A DNA stretch of 64,000 nt from the human T2T-CHM13v2.0 reference genome, Homo sapiens. The translations under genes were made by a program, and so were the position numbers. Under the pieces are notes generated by a model, which had not been told where the DNA came from, made no database searches, and saw nothing but the letters and a program-made list of their open reading frames with translations. The DNA lies in assembly GCF_009914755.1 (NCBI RefSeq), contig NC_060930.1; one strand, written 5' to 3'. Below, piece by piece: positions 1 through 18,430 of this stretch (positions within the stretch are counted from its first letter, which is position 1; the number at the start of each line of letters is the position of its first letter).

Positions 1-644
1 ACTAGAACCAGCATAAGAAAGTTCAGGAAGCAGCTAGCTCCAGGGGTTTCAGTGGCAACAGAACTCTGTTGCTTTTATCAGTCAGTGAGCCATCAGAAGT
101 AGAAGGCATGCCATTCCAACCATCTTTTCTGACTTTAGGCTCAAGATTCAAAATCCTGGAAGAGAAAAATCCTGATTCGCTTAGCTTTGGCTTTATGCTG
201 ACCTTTTGACCAGTTGAGGGAAGACTCCTTGGTTTTCGGTACTCTAAGACTGCACACAACGGGAGGCGGTAGGAAACTGGGAGATGTAAATTGATGCTCC
301 AGAGGAAAGACAGCATGGATGCTGAATAGTCAACACCAAAAACATCCATTATAGCTAGCTATTGTCAAAAAGCCTGAATTTTTCTTGAAGAGCAATTAAC
401 TATCCTTGAAGTTTTCTTAAAGGCTGAGTTTGGGTTAATTTCTATTAATTAAAATTAATATTTAAAAAACATATCTGTGATTTTTTAAAGATTATTTTGG
501 GAGATAAAATAGATGTTCCAGGAATATATAGCATGTTTATTCTTTGGCTATAAGTAACCTCTGACACATCCTTTGAAACTCCAGGAAACAATTATAGCTG
601 TCTAGAGGAAGGCAAAGTTGGAAAGAGCTGTTGATAGTGTCAGG

Positions 645-815
645 GAGACCAGATTTGTATCTTCATTATGTACTACATGTACAATTTTAGACAAACACTT
701 TGACTTCTCTGTGTCTCAAATTCCTAAACTATAAAGTGGAAATAATCTGTAACGAGTGCCCAATGAATGGAAAACAACTTAGAACAGTGCCTGGAACACA
801 GAGAATGTTAATTGT
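645..815 (+). mobile_element. MIR SINE fragment
   Basis: Diverged MIR core (acttctctgtgtctcaaattcctaaactataaagtggaaataat ... cttagaacagtgcctggaacaca); boundaries approximate. Confidence 0.6.
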
Positions 816-1469
816 GGTGTTGTGATTGAATAGATTTGCTATGCAGGTCACAGGACATATGTAAAATGGAATTTTTTACTTTCTAAGGGACTCAAAAAGA
901 ATTCTCAGACCAGATGAAAAACTTACCTGTTTTAAAATGCTCCATAAAAATCAGATGTTATCATTATGTCCTATTCTTCTTAGGTTGAATTTGCCACTTG
1001 AGCCAGGAAATTTTCTCATGATTCCTAATTATTTCTGCTAAAAAAAACTTTCTTAATGATAGCACCTTTGCCTGTAAATTTATACTTCTTTCCCCCTTTT
1101 TTATATGTATTCAATTCCTGTCTTCCATTAATGTCCATCTCATTCCCCTTCTTCTCCATGATGCTTTTCTCAGCCCTGCATAAGGGTTTCTCTTTTCTAA
1201 GAATTCCTGCATTATATTTGCATAGATCACTCATTTTGTCACCTACTTATCCATTATTTTGAAATGTTATTGTTACTTGCTGCTTTATGCATCTGGGACT
1301 TGGCTGTAAAATTGTAAAAACCAATATTTGGTACTTAATATGTGCCAGGCCCAGTGCCAGATACTTCAAAGATTTCAGGGATGAGCAATATGGGTCCAGA
1401 CCTCAAGAAATTTGTAGTCAGGTAGGAAAATGAGGATGAGCACAGTAGAAAGAAGAGAAGGCTTTTGAA

Positions 1470-1833
1470 TGTCTGAATCAGTTTGGGCTGCTCTGACAAA
1501 GTGCCATAGACGGTGGCTTATAAAAAACAGAATTCATTTCTCAGAGTTCTGGAGACTGGAATCCAAAACGAGGGTGCCTGCCTGGTTGGGTTCTGGTGAG
1601 GATCCTCTTCCAGGTTGCAGATGACTGTCTTCTGGTTGTATCCTCACATGGCAGAAAGAGGGTGACAGAGCTCTCTGGGGTCTGTTTTATAAGGGCACTG
1701 ATCTCATTCACCAGCTCTGCATGCTTATGAACTAATTATCTCCCAAAGGCCCCACCTCATAATACCATCACATTGGGGGTTAAGATTTCAACTTATGAAT
1801 TTGGGGACAGGACACAAACATTCATTCATCCAG
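1470..1833 (-). mobile_element. MaLR solo LTR, MLT1A/MLT1A0-like
   Basis: Typical antisense MLT1A text: gggctgct..acaaagtgccataga..ggtggcttata, ttctggtgaggatcctcttcc, ccacctcataataccatcacattggggg. Confidence 0.8.
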
Positions 1834-2302
1834 TGGAGAAATTAGGATTTGAGAATTATCTTCCTCATCAAGAAATAATGGTGAAGGCTGGGTAAGGACC
1901 AGGCAAGCAGGAAGGCCTTTCCAGTCAGAAAGAAGAAAGCACACAGGAGAACCACATCATTCATCTCTTTCTAGCCTTCCACAGAACATGGCCTATGCTA
2001 AGTACATTGGTGGAACTTTAATAACTAGCAATTAAATTTCACAGAAAGAAAGAAATTGAGAAAGAACTATGCTTAAGGAGTCTGAAAACTCAATATTGTT
2101 CTGAGCCTTTTTTTTTTGGAAAGCAAATCAAGCTTGAATTTGTCTCCAACTGTTTTAGCCAGAGTGTTCATGGAACAGAGATGAGAGCGACCATGGAGAT
2201 GGTCATTACTTATAATTTATGTCCTGCTTCAGAAACCTGGGGACCTCCCTGAGCTAGTCCATATAACTTACCAATATGGTATCAACAACTCTGCTGAAAG
2301 GC

Positions 2303-2679
2303 TGTATTAGTCCATTCTCATGTTCTCATGCTGTTAATGAAGACATACCTGAGACTGGGTAATTTATAAAGGCAAGAGGTTTAATGGATTCACTCACAGT
2401 TCCACATGGCTGGGGAGGTCTCACAATCATGGCAGAAGATGAAGGAAGGGTAAAGGGACATCTTACATGGTGGCAGGCAAGAGAGCATGTGCAGGGAAAC
2501 TCCCCTTTATAGAACCATCAGATCCCATGAGACTTATTCACTATCAAGAGAACAGAATGGGACCCCCCCACCCACCATGATTCAATTACCTCCCATCCGG
2601 TCTCTCCCACGATATGTGGGAATTATGGGAGCTACAATTCAAGATGAGATTTGGGTGGGGATCCAGCCAAACCCTATCA
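2303..2679 (-). mobile_element. THE1 (THE1B/C-like) solo LTR
   Basis: TGTATTAGTCCATTCTCA...CAGCCAAACCCTATCA termini, ~377 bp; degraded 5-bp TSD aaggc/gaggt. Confidence 0.9.
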
Positions 2680-4900
2680 GAGGTTGTATCTTCAGTAGCT
2701 CTGGGGTAATTCACGACTTTGATTTCTCTCAGGAACTTCAGAGGTAAGGGGAATCAGAGTTGAGACTTCTTTAACTCAGCAGTGAGCACAGGAGACTCAA
2801 TCCCAGAGAAACAACCATGTCAACAGGGGGCTGTGTATTTCATGTCTTTGTATTTGGGTAGAATTATGCTTGGATGATTATCTTTACCCACGTCATCATT
2901 CTTGTTTTTAAAAACAGGTACGTTATTCTACTTCCTCTCCTGATTTACAAATTTAGCTCAATGACAATTTATGCTTTCTTCTACCAATTTTTGTTGCTGT
3001 TGCTTAAATTTCAAGCCAAAGCACTAAAAACTCGTTCTGAGGCTACATTAAGTTTACCTATTTTCGATATAGAAGCTCACTGCCCCAAAGGAGTCTTTAC
3101 ATATTTTTTCCTTTAAACATACACAGAGTTTTTTCCACAAGGATCTTTTCAAGTTGTTCTGGTTTCCATTGTGACTACTACATTGTACTGACCACCCAAG
3201 AATGCCTTGTTTTTCATGCATAATACAATTTAAAACCACATGTTTCAGCCAATACTTCTGGTAGAAACTCCTACCTCAACAGGAGGAAATTAGGTATTCT
3301 TTTTGATTCATTAATTGACCATTAGGCATAGGCATTTACATGCATGCAGAGAAACAAGTGCTGCAATGAAGTCCAAGTGTTCAAAGAATAAAGTTTCCTA
3401 TAAACAAAACGAAGTGAAACAAAACCCTATCCCAAGAGAAACCCTATTTAGGGAGATTCCAGAGGGCATATCTTTTCAGCCTCAGGCAGAGAAACAGTAC
3501 AAAAATTTCTAGAGAAATTCTGGGCACTTATCAAAATATTCCCCTCACTAAAGCAAGAGGGTATTTCAAAGAAAAATTGAGTAATGATTTGGCAATGACA
3601 TGTGTACTGCAGGGCTTCCAACTTAATATTCAGGTTTCTCAGCAGTCCAAATATCAAGTGTTCCTGAATCACATTTCTATACACCTCTAAGGTATGTAAG
3701 TGATATTTTTCCTTGACTAGCACTCGCTCAAGACACAATCCAAGGAAAGCTCTCTCTAGTCATTTTTTTCACATCCTCTTAAAAATTCTTTGGATTCTGC
3801 CCTGACATTGGCATGTTGCACAATAATAAAGTGCTGCTCTCTCCTGATCTTTTGAAAGATGAACAAAAAAAGGGTCATGTTTCAGTTGCCATTCTGTTCC
3901 TTTTCTGATTCATACTTTTGGAATGTAGCTATAGATTATGGGTCATTTACAATCGATAGGCAGAGCTGATTTCCCAGCTGCTGACAAGGGCCTTATCCTG
4001 GAAATTACCTTTACTACTACTGTAAAATCCTGAAATTCTACCCCAGGTATGTATTAATTGTGTTCCCTACATGTTAAACTACAAATATCCAGGAAAGAAG
4101 GTAACTATCGTAGCTCTAGTTCTAATGTTTATTTACAACTTTCTCAACTTTTTAGTTGGCAGCCCATTTTGATGAGGGTTAGAGAGAGAACAGAAAGCTC
4201 ATGAGGGAGCCCGTACCTGAGGGAACAGAAGGCCCATGAGATGCCGTAAAGGAAAGGAGAGAAAACAAGGAGGGGCTTTTAAGGGAGGTTAAGCATGAAG
4301 GGTCACATGTTTAAGAGCCAAATTAATGTCACTTTCAGCCTAAAGTCTTCCCTGTGTGCTCCAGTAGAAAGCAAGAATGTTTCCTCGTTCCTATCAACTG
4401 TGGTAAGATTCAGCACTAATATCAGGATATCCTCACATACTACCTTGCATTGTGGTAGTTTTTACAAATGCTTAATCTTCTGTTTTGTGTAAAAATATAT
4501 TTTATAAACTTCTCTAATCTTTTTTCCCCTACTTACTCTTAAGCTGGTTTGCCTAAACCTGAAGCAAGTCATTTTATACAGCAGCTAAATCTGGAGTAAA
4601 AGGTGAGGAAGGAAAACAGGACTGACTAGGACTGACTTCCTTCCTGGGACAAATGATGCTCTCCTGAACTATGACCTCAGAGCACCTTTAGACACATAGA
4701 GCCTGCCTTTGGTTATAGGAAAAACATGCTCTAAAAAAAAGATAGCAGTATAGCTTAAGCAAATATTCTATGTCGATGGAGTAGTATGTGTTATTTGAAT
4801 AATAACAGTGCTATTTATATTTGCATAGGTGAGGTCTTTATCCTTACTGCAATATAGCAACTATTGTGACAATGTTATGATGTCAGGCTTTTGGTTAATG

Positions 4901-4901
<1 letters not shown>

Positions 4902-4949
<48 letters not shown>
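4902..4949 (+). repeat. (CA)24 microsatellite
   Basis: Perfect dinucleotide run read directly. Confidence 0.98.
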
Positions 4950-4952
<3 letters not shown>

Positions 4953-5027
4953 TTTTTCTGTCTCAAATAGAAATGCCATCTAAAGCTAACAGAAGTTAAA
5001 TGATTTCCCTAAAGAACAGAAAGTCCC

Positions 5028-5305
5028 CTGTGGGAGGCCGAGGTGGGCGGATACGAGGTCAGGCATTCAAGACCAGCCTGGCCAACATAGTGAAACCTCG
5101 TCTCTACTAAAAATACAAAAAATTAGCCAGGCATGGTGGTGGGCACCTGTAATCCCAGCTACTCAGGAGGCTAAGGGAGGAGAATCTCTTGAACCTGAAA
5201 AGCGGAGGTTGCAGTAAGCCAAGATTGCGCCCTGCACTCCAGCTTAGGTGACAGCGCGAGACTCCATTTCAAAAACAAAACAACAAAAAAACAACAAAAA
5301 AAGAA
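5028..5305 (+). mobile_element. 5'-truncated AluS (AluSg-like)
   Basis: Alu body beginning at about consensus position 37, A-rich tail, 17-bp TSD aaagaacagaaagtccc at 5011-5027 and 5306-5322. Confidence 0.93.
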
Positions 5306-5646
5306 AAAGAACAGAAAGTCCCAGTGGGTGCTGAGAATACTATATCCAGAAAGGAAGAGTTGGTTCACTACACTTTAGTATCATAAATGCCTTACTGATC
5401 CTTTTCTAGAAAAGAATGCCTATACTTTGTTCCCAATCTCATTTTGGAATTATTATCCTTCTGTTCATTCAGATACAAACCCCAGAAGCACTTAATAGCC
5501 TCCTTCATCCCCAGAATCCAAATACCCTCAATTCTACTTTGGCAATGTTCAAAACATTCATTTTCACTGAAAATACATTAAATCCAGTTTTCCTTTCTAC
5601 ACACAAATATTTTAAATATCCAACCATTTCTACAATGTCAAAATTA

Positions 5647-9660
<4,014 letters not shown>

Positions 9661-12600
9661 TGGAAGTCTCCATAGCTCATGAGAAAAAAAATCAATATGA
9701 CAAAAGGGGTGTGCGTGTGTGCACGCGCGTGTGTGCACGTGCACATATATCTTTATTTTGCTGGATGAAAATGGACAGTTGTAGAACCAGTATACACTGA
9801 GAGTTCCTCCACCACACTGATAGGCCAATGGATTATTTCTGGAAAAGATGCCACATTGTTACATTTCCTCATTCAGTCTTGCCTCCCCTTCTAAAACATG
9901 ATGAAATGGAAGCTCAGGAGCTTCAGATACCACCCAGCCTATCCATTCTATTTGATTTAAGCAATAGGTTACTGATGTTGATTTTAGAAGTTTATATTTA
10001 CTTTTAAGAACTCTGTGTCCTGCCAACTCTGCCTGAGATTTTCTGTCTTCTCTCTTATAGTTGTCAGGATTTTACTGTACTTGGGGGCCCTTTTAAAATT
10101 ATGGCTTAACATTTCAACATTGTGTTTCCTACTGTCATCAAAGATAGATGACTTAAAAAAAAAACCCAGAAATCTGAAAACAGTTTAAATTACATGGAAG
10201 AGATTCAAATAATGGCCAATATTCGCCCAACACTTTGCAATTTTTAAGGCATTGCCCATCTATTATCTAATGTGATCCACACAATAAGTAGAATAGGTGT
10301 CTATAATTGTAATTTTACCAAAATTAAGCTAAATGTTCAAAGCCTCTTAGCAGTTATAATGTCTATTCACAGGATGCATAAGACAATTCTGCTTTTATGT
10401 CCCCAGGGCCCATGTCATACTCCACTCAGCTTAGATTCTTTGGAACTATGGCAAGGGTCCCTATTCACTTTGACTTCAAAACCAACGTTTCTTTCACTTA
10501 TGCTATGCTTCCATAGCTATACTATTGTAGGACTACTAGGGATTATGTCAAAAATGTTAGTTTTAGAAATGTATTTAACAATTCCATCTGAAAGACCAAT
10601 CATGAAAATAATGTTTATACTTTAATTTTAGATTAAATTCAAATCAGAGAGTTACATATAATTAAATGCTCATAACTCACATTTATATTTATATAGTGTA
10701 TAGCTCACCAATTTAAGCAAAAATATTAATTTTAGCATATCATTATTTGGCATATTAACAACAAGGAAAATATATAGTGTAAATAACTTGAACTTCGTAA
10801 TATAGGGCCAAACAAGAAAAAAATGCTGTGACTATATTAATACATTGTCTATAAGGTTAGGCAGAAATTCAGGGTTAAGTCTGTTTTTTAGGAAACAAGC
10901 TTACCTTATTAGGAAGAAATGTAGACATAGAAAAGAATAGGAAATTTATGGAAACATCGTAGTCTAATCTTTATTTTAGTTACAGGCACTAATAACTGTT
11001 TTGAAGACAAAAGAATATGACGAAAATTAGCTGTAATACTTTTGTTAATATTAATAATTACTATAATTTATTTTATTCCTATTTTTGCCAGGCTGCATAA
11101 TGGTAGGTGTTTTATGTATAGTGCCCTTTACTGCTAAAGCTAAAAAGGAAACTTTACTACATTGTTAAAAAACTGTTTAATACATTGAATATTGTCTTTA
11201 AATATGAGCACACACAACAAAAACTGGATTTGCATTCAGGGATTATCATTTTACTTTCTATGAAATATTAGATAATACCTCTAATTGAGCTCTCTATATA
11301 TTAGAACTCAATAAAGTTTGAATTGCTAATAATTAAATTTGAGAAATTCTAAATTTCTTTATTAATCTAGCTCTGAGCATTTAAAACAAAGAAGTACAGT
11401 AAATAATTTTCTATTTTCTTCCAATTTTTACAAAGATTTGCTGAAAGGGAAATGTCTCTTTTAAGAGGCAGTAGCCATTTCAAGTATGTTTCACGAATAA
11501 ATCTACTTTTTATAGAATATAACTTTGTATTATGTTGTATTATGTTATGTACTGTGCTAGCACGATGAGGAACCCTGAAGACCAGTGTCCAGCAAGAGTA
11601 GAATAATAGTTCTCTTAAGCTGCACTGAAATCAGTTCTCATCCAAAGCGATGGCCTAGGCCTTGAAAACAAGAGGAAAAGTTTTTGCAACTAGCTAATCT
11701 GGAAAAGTAAGATATGTGATTCTGGGGAAACTATAAAAATGACCGTGTACCCATGGACAGGAGTCTTGTTAATTTTGGCAGAGATTTTCATTTAAATCAA
11801 TGATCATATATAAAAATAGAAATATGTAAGCTAAGAGTACAACTCCATAGTGGCATTTGGCATTTAAACATTAAGCAATATTAAACTTAACATACTCATG
11901 TAGATTGTGATAAAGTAAAACAAAAATCAATTGGTGGCATGACAGATGATTTCTTTGATATCGACCATTATTTCTATAATGGGTAATGAGAAACTGATTA
12001 TAAAATGTATTAATATAGTACAGAAATAATTAAGAAAAAATATTACAGATAACTTTAAAATACTGATTAAAAAATCTTTTAAATGATATTTGTTTTTAAA
12101 AATATTTCATTGGTTGAATCAGTTTGGATTCTAGGCATAGCTGCCCATGCCCAAAGCACTAGCATTTTCCGTGTCAAAATATTTTTTTTCCTGAAACTAC
12201 CTGTTAGCAGCTGTCTGTGTGAGAATAGAGGGAGGATTGTTTTTACTTCGCTCAAAGATTAATGATATTTTATGACTTCAAAAGAAATATTCAATTCTGG
12301 CTTTCATGGCAGGCACCTCCTTCTTGTCTCTTTTTATTTTATTGCCACATTTTAAACATAATTATTCATGCTGTGGCATATTAAAATCGTCTACAAAATT
12401 TTTTTTTTGTTAAGAACAAGATTTTGCTTGCTGTTAACTCTGCAGAATTTCACTATTTTCTCTTTCATTTACCAGGTAAGCATTATAATCATTCCAATCA
12501 TTTTTTTTGCGCAAATATTTAATGCTGGCTAATGGAAATAAGAAAAAGGGTGGGATGGGGAGGTTGAATTTGTCCTTATTTTTCTTCAGATTGTATTTTT

Positions 12601-12885
12601 TAGTTTCTCAGAAAAAGATGTAGCAACATTTCAATGATATAAATTAAGTTAGGAAATAGTAAAATTATTATCCACGTCCACAATTCCCTGACTTGTTACC
12701 AGAGTTGTAACTAGGCAGCAGAACAGTCATAAGCCTACACTGGAAATAAGCATGGCTTCCACCAGCTTTTCCTCTTCCTGATTGCCCCCATTCACTTCAC
12801 GTCAAAAGCCTTGGGCTTACTGGTGACTTTTTCATCTTGTGTGTGATTCTTCCAGTGGGACACCCTCCAAATTATGAGAATAAAA

Positions 12886-13175
<290 letters not shown>

Positions 13176-13207
13176 AAATTAAACTTTAAAAATATATATA
13201 ACACAAC

Positions 13208-13560
13208 CTTAAAAAGGAATAAAGCTCTGACACATGCTACAACATGTATGAACATAATGACAAGTGAAATAAACCAGACAAAAAAGCACAAATATTGTAT
13301 GATTTAACTTATATGAAGTACCTAGAATGGATGAATTCATAGAACCAGCAAGTAGAATAGAGGTTACCAGGGACGGGGGGAGGGAGAAGTGGGGAGTTAT
13401 TTTTAATGGGTATAGAGTATCAGTTAGGGATGATGAAAAAGTTAGGGAGATGGATAAGAGGTGATGGTTCATAGCAATGTGAATCTACATAATGCCACTG
13501 AACTAAACATGGCTAAGCCAGTAAATTCATGTCATCTACATTTTACTAGAGCTAAAAAAG
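13208..13560 (+). mobile_element. L1MB-type 3' end
   Basis: ctgacacatgctacaacatg..gaac, gtagaatagaggttaccaggg, aatgccactgaac motifs of L1MB 3'UTR. Confidence 0.8.
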
Positions 13561-13792
13561 TTACCACAACAAAAAAAGTTAATAAAGCTTCTATAAACCA
13601 TTTAAAATGTGATTTGGAAAGGCATTTTTGAATGTTTCACTAAAATGAATGAGAAATGACTCCAAAAATTTATATGTAACACAGATGGCAAATATACAAA
13701 TGGCACTTTAGATAAGTCATAAGAAGACTCTTATAGTTTCTTGTTAATAAAAAACAGGCTTGGTTTACACAGAACTCAAAAAAAGTAGTTAC

Positions 13793-14103
<311 letters not shown>

Positions 14104-14258
14104 TCAAAAAGGGTAGTTTCTGATGGTGGTATCACTCACTACATTTTTGTGCTTTAAGGGTTTCAGTTCAGGTGTGCTGAATATCCAGTTTACATGGGCT
14201 GTATGTTTGCACTGTAAATATGGAAACAGCAAGCTATCCAAAGCTGATCTGCTCTTTA

Positions 14259-14431
14259 CTTTTTATTTTATTTTTTATGTTTTTGAGACAGTGTTTGGCT
14301 CTGCCACCCAAGCTGGAGTGCAGTGATGCAACTGTAGCTCACTGCAGCCTCGAACTCTTGGGCTCAAGCAATCCTCCCACCTCAGCTTCCCAAAGTGTTG
14401 GAATTACAGGCATGAGCCACTGCGCCTGGCT
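14259..14431 (-). mobile_element. Monomeric Alu (AluJ left/right-arm hybrid or FRAM-like)
   Basis: Single ~170-bp arm with tail; TSD gatctgctcttta at 14246-14258 and 14432-14444. Confidence 0.85.
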
Positions 14432-14751
14432 GATCTGCTCTTTAGTGATTACTCTACACCTCCACAGAGCAAGATCTGTGTCTTTACTCCACTGTGGGCC
14501 AGCCAAACCATGAAAATTTGAGATGGTAAAATCTATACCACAATTCCAAGGAATGCTGACTATAAGAGATTTCCAGGATGGGAATATACAGACACTAAAC
14601 AGCATCACAGAATCCAACCTAATATGAATTAAAGAGTAATTTTGGCTATTTATTTTGTTAATGAATCTTGACTTCTTCCCTGAGGCATCTATTTTTTTCT
14701 TAGAAAAACCCGATTCTGATTTGAAATTATTATTAATAATAATAGCTCCCA

Positions 14752-15041
14752 TTTTTTTTTGGATGCAGTCTCACTCTGGAACCCAGGCTGGAGAGCAGTG
14801 GCACGATCTGTGATCACTGAGACCTCTGCCTCTTGGCTTCAAACAATTCTCCTGCCTCAGCCTCCCAAATAGCTGGGATTACAGACATCCACCACAATAC
14901 CCAGCCAATTTTTGTATTTTTAGTAGAGACAGGGTTTCATCATGTTGGCCAGGTGGGTCTCAAGCTCCTGACCTCAAGCCATCCACCCGCCTCAGCCTCC
15001 CAAAATGCTGCGATTACAGGAGAGAGCCACTGCACCTGGCC
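14752..15041 (-). mobile_element. Alu (old S/Jb-like)
   Basis: Antisense dimeric Alu ending ...tgcacctggcc. Confidence 0.9.
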
Positions 15042-16878
15042 AGCCACAGCACCTGGTCATTTTTAAGCTCCAACTTTGCCAGACATCTTATAAATACTAT
15101 CCTTAATATTTGTAATTTTGCTAATAGCAATTAACAAAACTGGGCATTATTTATTTTAATTTCTAGATATGAGATTAGATCAGACTCAGAGAGGCCTATC
15201 TTTGCCCAAGGTTACCTAAGGAGTGAGCAGTGCAGCCTGTGTTTGCATTCCTGCTTCTGTGGGTCTCAAGCTGCGTGTTTTTCCGTCGTGCCCTGAGTTT
15301 GGCAGCCCCAAGTTCACTGCTCATTCTGCTAGATCCAGGGCCTAGAACCTCTTGATTTATTTTCCGAGATCTCTACTTCTAGGTTAAGTTCCTTGAGTAG
15401 CTATGCTCTGTGCACCGGTTCAAACAAATTTGATTTTTCATTGTTTTTTCCTATTGACTCTCATCTCTGGTCTAACAGGCATGCCTTCTTTTCAATCATA
15501 TTTCCTGGCCTGGGAATGTGCTTTCCTCTGTTCCCAATTATCCTGACTCTGCCATACAATTCTAACAATAAAATTAGCTCCTCTGAGACCGGCAGAGATT
15601 TTAAAACCTTAAGTCAACTTTTTCCTCCCTACGTTCAACAAAGTTGACTGCATACGCAGACTCATATCTCTACTGGGTTTTTTCTCTAAATGCTGATAGA
15701 ATTTTGTAAACTGTATACGTGTTTGATGGATCAAATATTTTGTGTATGTGTGATTTGTTGCTGTTTCTAGAAATATGAGCAATGTCTTAGTTTTTTCTTC
15801 TGTTTGTTTTACATTTTCTGGCATAAAACTTGGCATAAGACTTGGTTATTTCAGAAACATTTAGTATCATTGCAGTAAGATTTAGTAACATGTCATGGTT
15901 ATGCCCTAAATACTAGCATCAGAAATTCTGGCTACCATCACCACTGCCATCACATATATTTATGTACGAACTAAGACAAGGTAATAGTATATAGCTATGC
16001 TAACTAAAATATGTGAGATTTATTTCACCAATGTTAGGACTTACACTTAATTAAAATCTATGACACGGTAAAATATTATTTATCTCAGAATATATAAAAT
16101 TAGCTAAAAATAACAAGGATTTCATATACTTTGAAACTTAAACTGTAACTTAGTTTTTAATCTTCATCTTTGAAAAACTAGAACAAATGTACTAAGCTCC
16201 GATATTTCTAACAATTGATTAATGATAAATATGCTCATTTTTATAAAGTAATCTTCAGTTCTTAAAGGATCATTTTTATCATTTAATACACCATTTAACA
16301 CTTGTTTTTATAATCATGTCTATTTGTTCATCTTCAAAGAAATTCTCTCTTCAGTGTTGCCTGGAGATATCTGTAATGCTGAGATCCATATACGAATCTG
16401 GAATGTTAATGGAGGAAGGGAGACTGACCTAGCAGAGAGAAGTAAAATCTAAATGTTTACCCAGAAGGAGTGCAATGGCAAGCAAGCACAGCTGCCCACA
16501 TCAACCTAGAAAGGCTCAGAAATTGGAGGCATGGAATTCCTTTTATGTTGGGGTGAGGTAGAAAACTGCTAGAGGATCTCTATAAAAGAACAACTCGGGC
16601 CAAAGTCTCACTCTCAACTCACACAAGTTAGGCAACCACCCTTCTCCACCAGGTAGGACATAGAAGATACTCTCTGGAGAAACTAAATCAAAGAGGCTCT
16701 GGATTTCAGGCTCCAGGCCCAGTGGTGGGTAGGGTGATGAAAAGTGACAGAATACCAAAACATTTTTACTACAGTGGTGAATCCTCAAGGCCATTCCCTC
16801 CACCTGCAACTCCTAAAAGCCCAAGTCTAGGATTCCTAAAAACTTTAAGAGAAAAAGTATGGTGAGGCAATAATGCCT

Positions 16879-17172
16879 TCTTTTTTTTTTGAGACAGAGT
16901 CTCACTCTGTTGCCCAGGTTGGAGTGCAGTGACGCAATCTTGGCTCACTGCAGCCTCCGCCTCCTGGGTTCAAGTGATTCTCCTGGCTCAGCCTCCTAAG
17001 TAGCTGGGACTACAGGCACCCGCCACCATGCCTGGCTAATTTTTGTAATTTAGTAGTGACAGCGTTTCTCCATGTTGGCCAGGATGGTCTCAAACTCCTG
17101 ACCTTAAGTGATCTGCCCACCTTGGCCTCTCAAAGTGCTGGGATTACAGGCATGAGCCGCCACACTTGGCCC
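16879..17172 (-). mobile_element. AluS
   Basis: Antisense dimeric Alu from poly-T to ...cacacttggcc. Confidence 0.93.
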
Positions 17173-17690
17173 AACAGTACTTTTTACATGCATTGCAAAG
17201 CCAACTAATGCTTGGTGGAATTCCATTTGGTGCTCAATACAATGAGAACCTGAGAAAGCCTAACCTGATTGGAAGTTCTTTTAATGAATTGTCAATAAGA
17301 AATTTTTGTGAAGAGCCAGATCATCCTGGGACAGTTCTGTAGTGTATTTTGTGTCTCAGGTGCATGTAAGTATATAGGATTGTTACTGTGACAGGGGAAG
17401 GACTCCATCTTCCATGCTATCTTTATAGGTCATCTCTAACCTCTTACCTCTAACCTCAGGGCTTGAGTCATTCATTCCAAATGAGAGCAGTAGACAAATG
17501 GACATGGTTGATGGTCAATGTGTAGAATTTGAAGATAGCTTCACCAAAGTGTATTACGTACCTCTTGTCTTTCCAGCTCACCTGCTCTTTCATATGAATT
17601 CCAACAATCCTTCAATCTTACCAAGGATTTCCAATGAACTGTGTAACCACCCTTCCAACCCGCCATGAGGTCACTTTCTTGCTTTATGAT

Positions 17691-18057
17691 TGTATTAGTC
17701 CATTTGCACACTGCTATAAAGATACTACCTGAGACTGGGTAATTAATAAAGAAAAGAGGTTTAATTGACTCACAGTTCCACATGGCTGGGGAGGCATCAG
17801 GAAACTTACAGTCATTGCAGAAGGCAAAGGAGAAGCAAGCATCTTATTCACAAAGTGGCAGGAGAGAAAAAGTATGGAGGAGAAACTGCCACTTTTAAAC
17901 CATCAAGGTCTCATGAGAACTGCCCCACCATCACAAGAATAGCATGGGGGAAACCACCCCATGATATAATCACCTCCCACCAAGTTCCTCCCTCCAAATG
18001 CGGGGATTACAAATTCAAGATCGGATTTGGGCGGGGACACAGAGCCAAACCATATAA
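17691..18057 (-). mobile_element. THE1D/MSTA-type MaLR solo LTR
   Basis: TGTATTAGTCCATTTGCACACTGCTATAAAG...AGAGCCAAACCATATAA; perfect 5-bp TSD atgat at 17686-17690 and 18058-18062. Confidence 0.9.
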
Positions 18058-18430
18058 ATGATAGATAATCACCATCTTGCAAAGGCCATTCTAGGATAGT
18101 ATAGTGGGACCCATCAGAGACCAAGTCCTCCCTATGCACTCTGGATTCCTCCATAACTCCCTCCTTCTTCTCCAGAACATCACTCCTGGATTTATCCACA
18201 ACTCTTCCCCCCTTCTCTAGAACATCACTCCTGCAACTCTCTGTCCCCCATTTGCAGTTTTTTTTTCTTGAATCCTTTCTGTCAACCTATCAGTATTACT
18301 TTGCACCTTCATTTGAAGGGAAAAACATTTCTACTAGGCTCCTTTTAAAGAACATTGTGTTTCATTGTTCTGTTCCACTTCAGAGCTAATTTTTTTGTAG
18401 AAATGAAATGTGGCCAATTGCTCATCTTTT

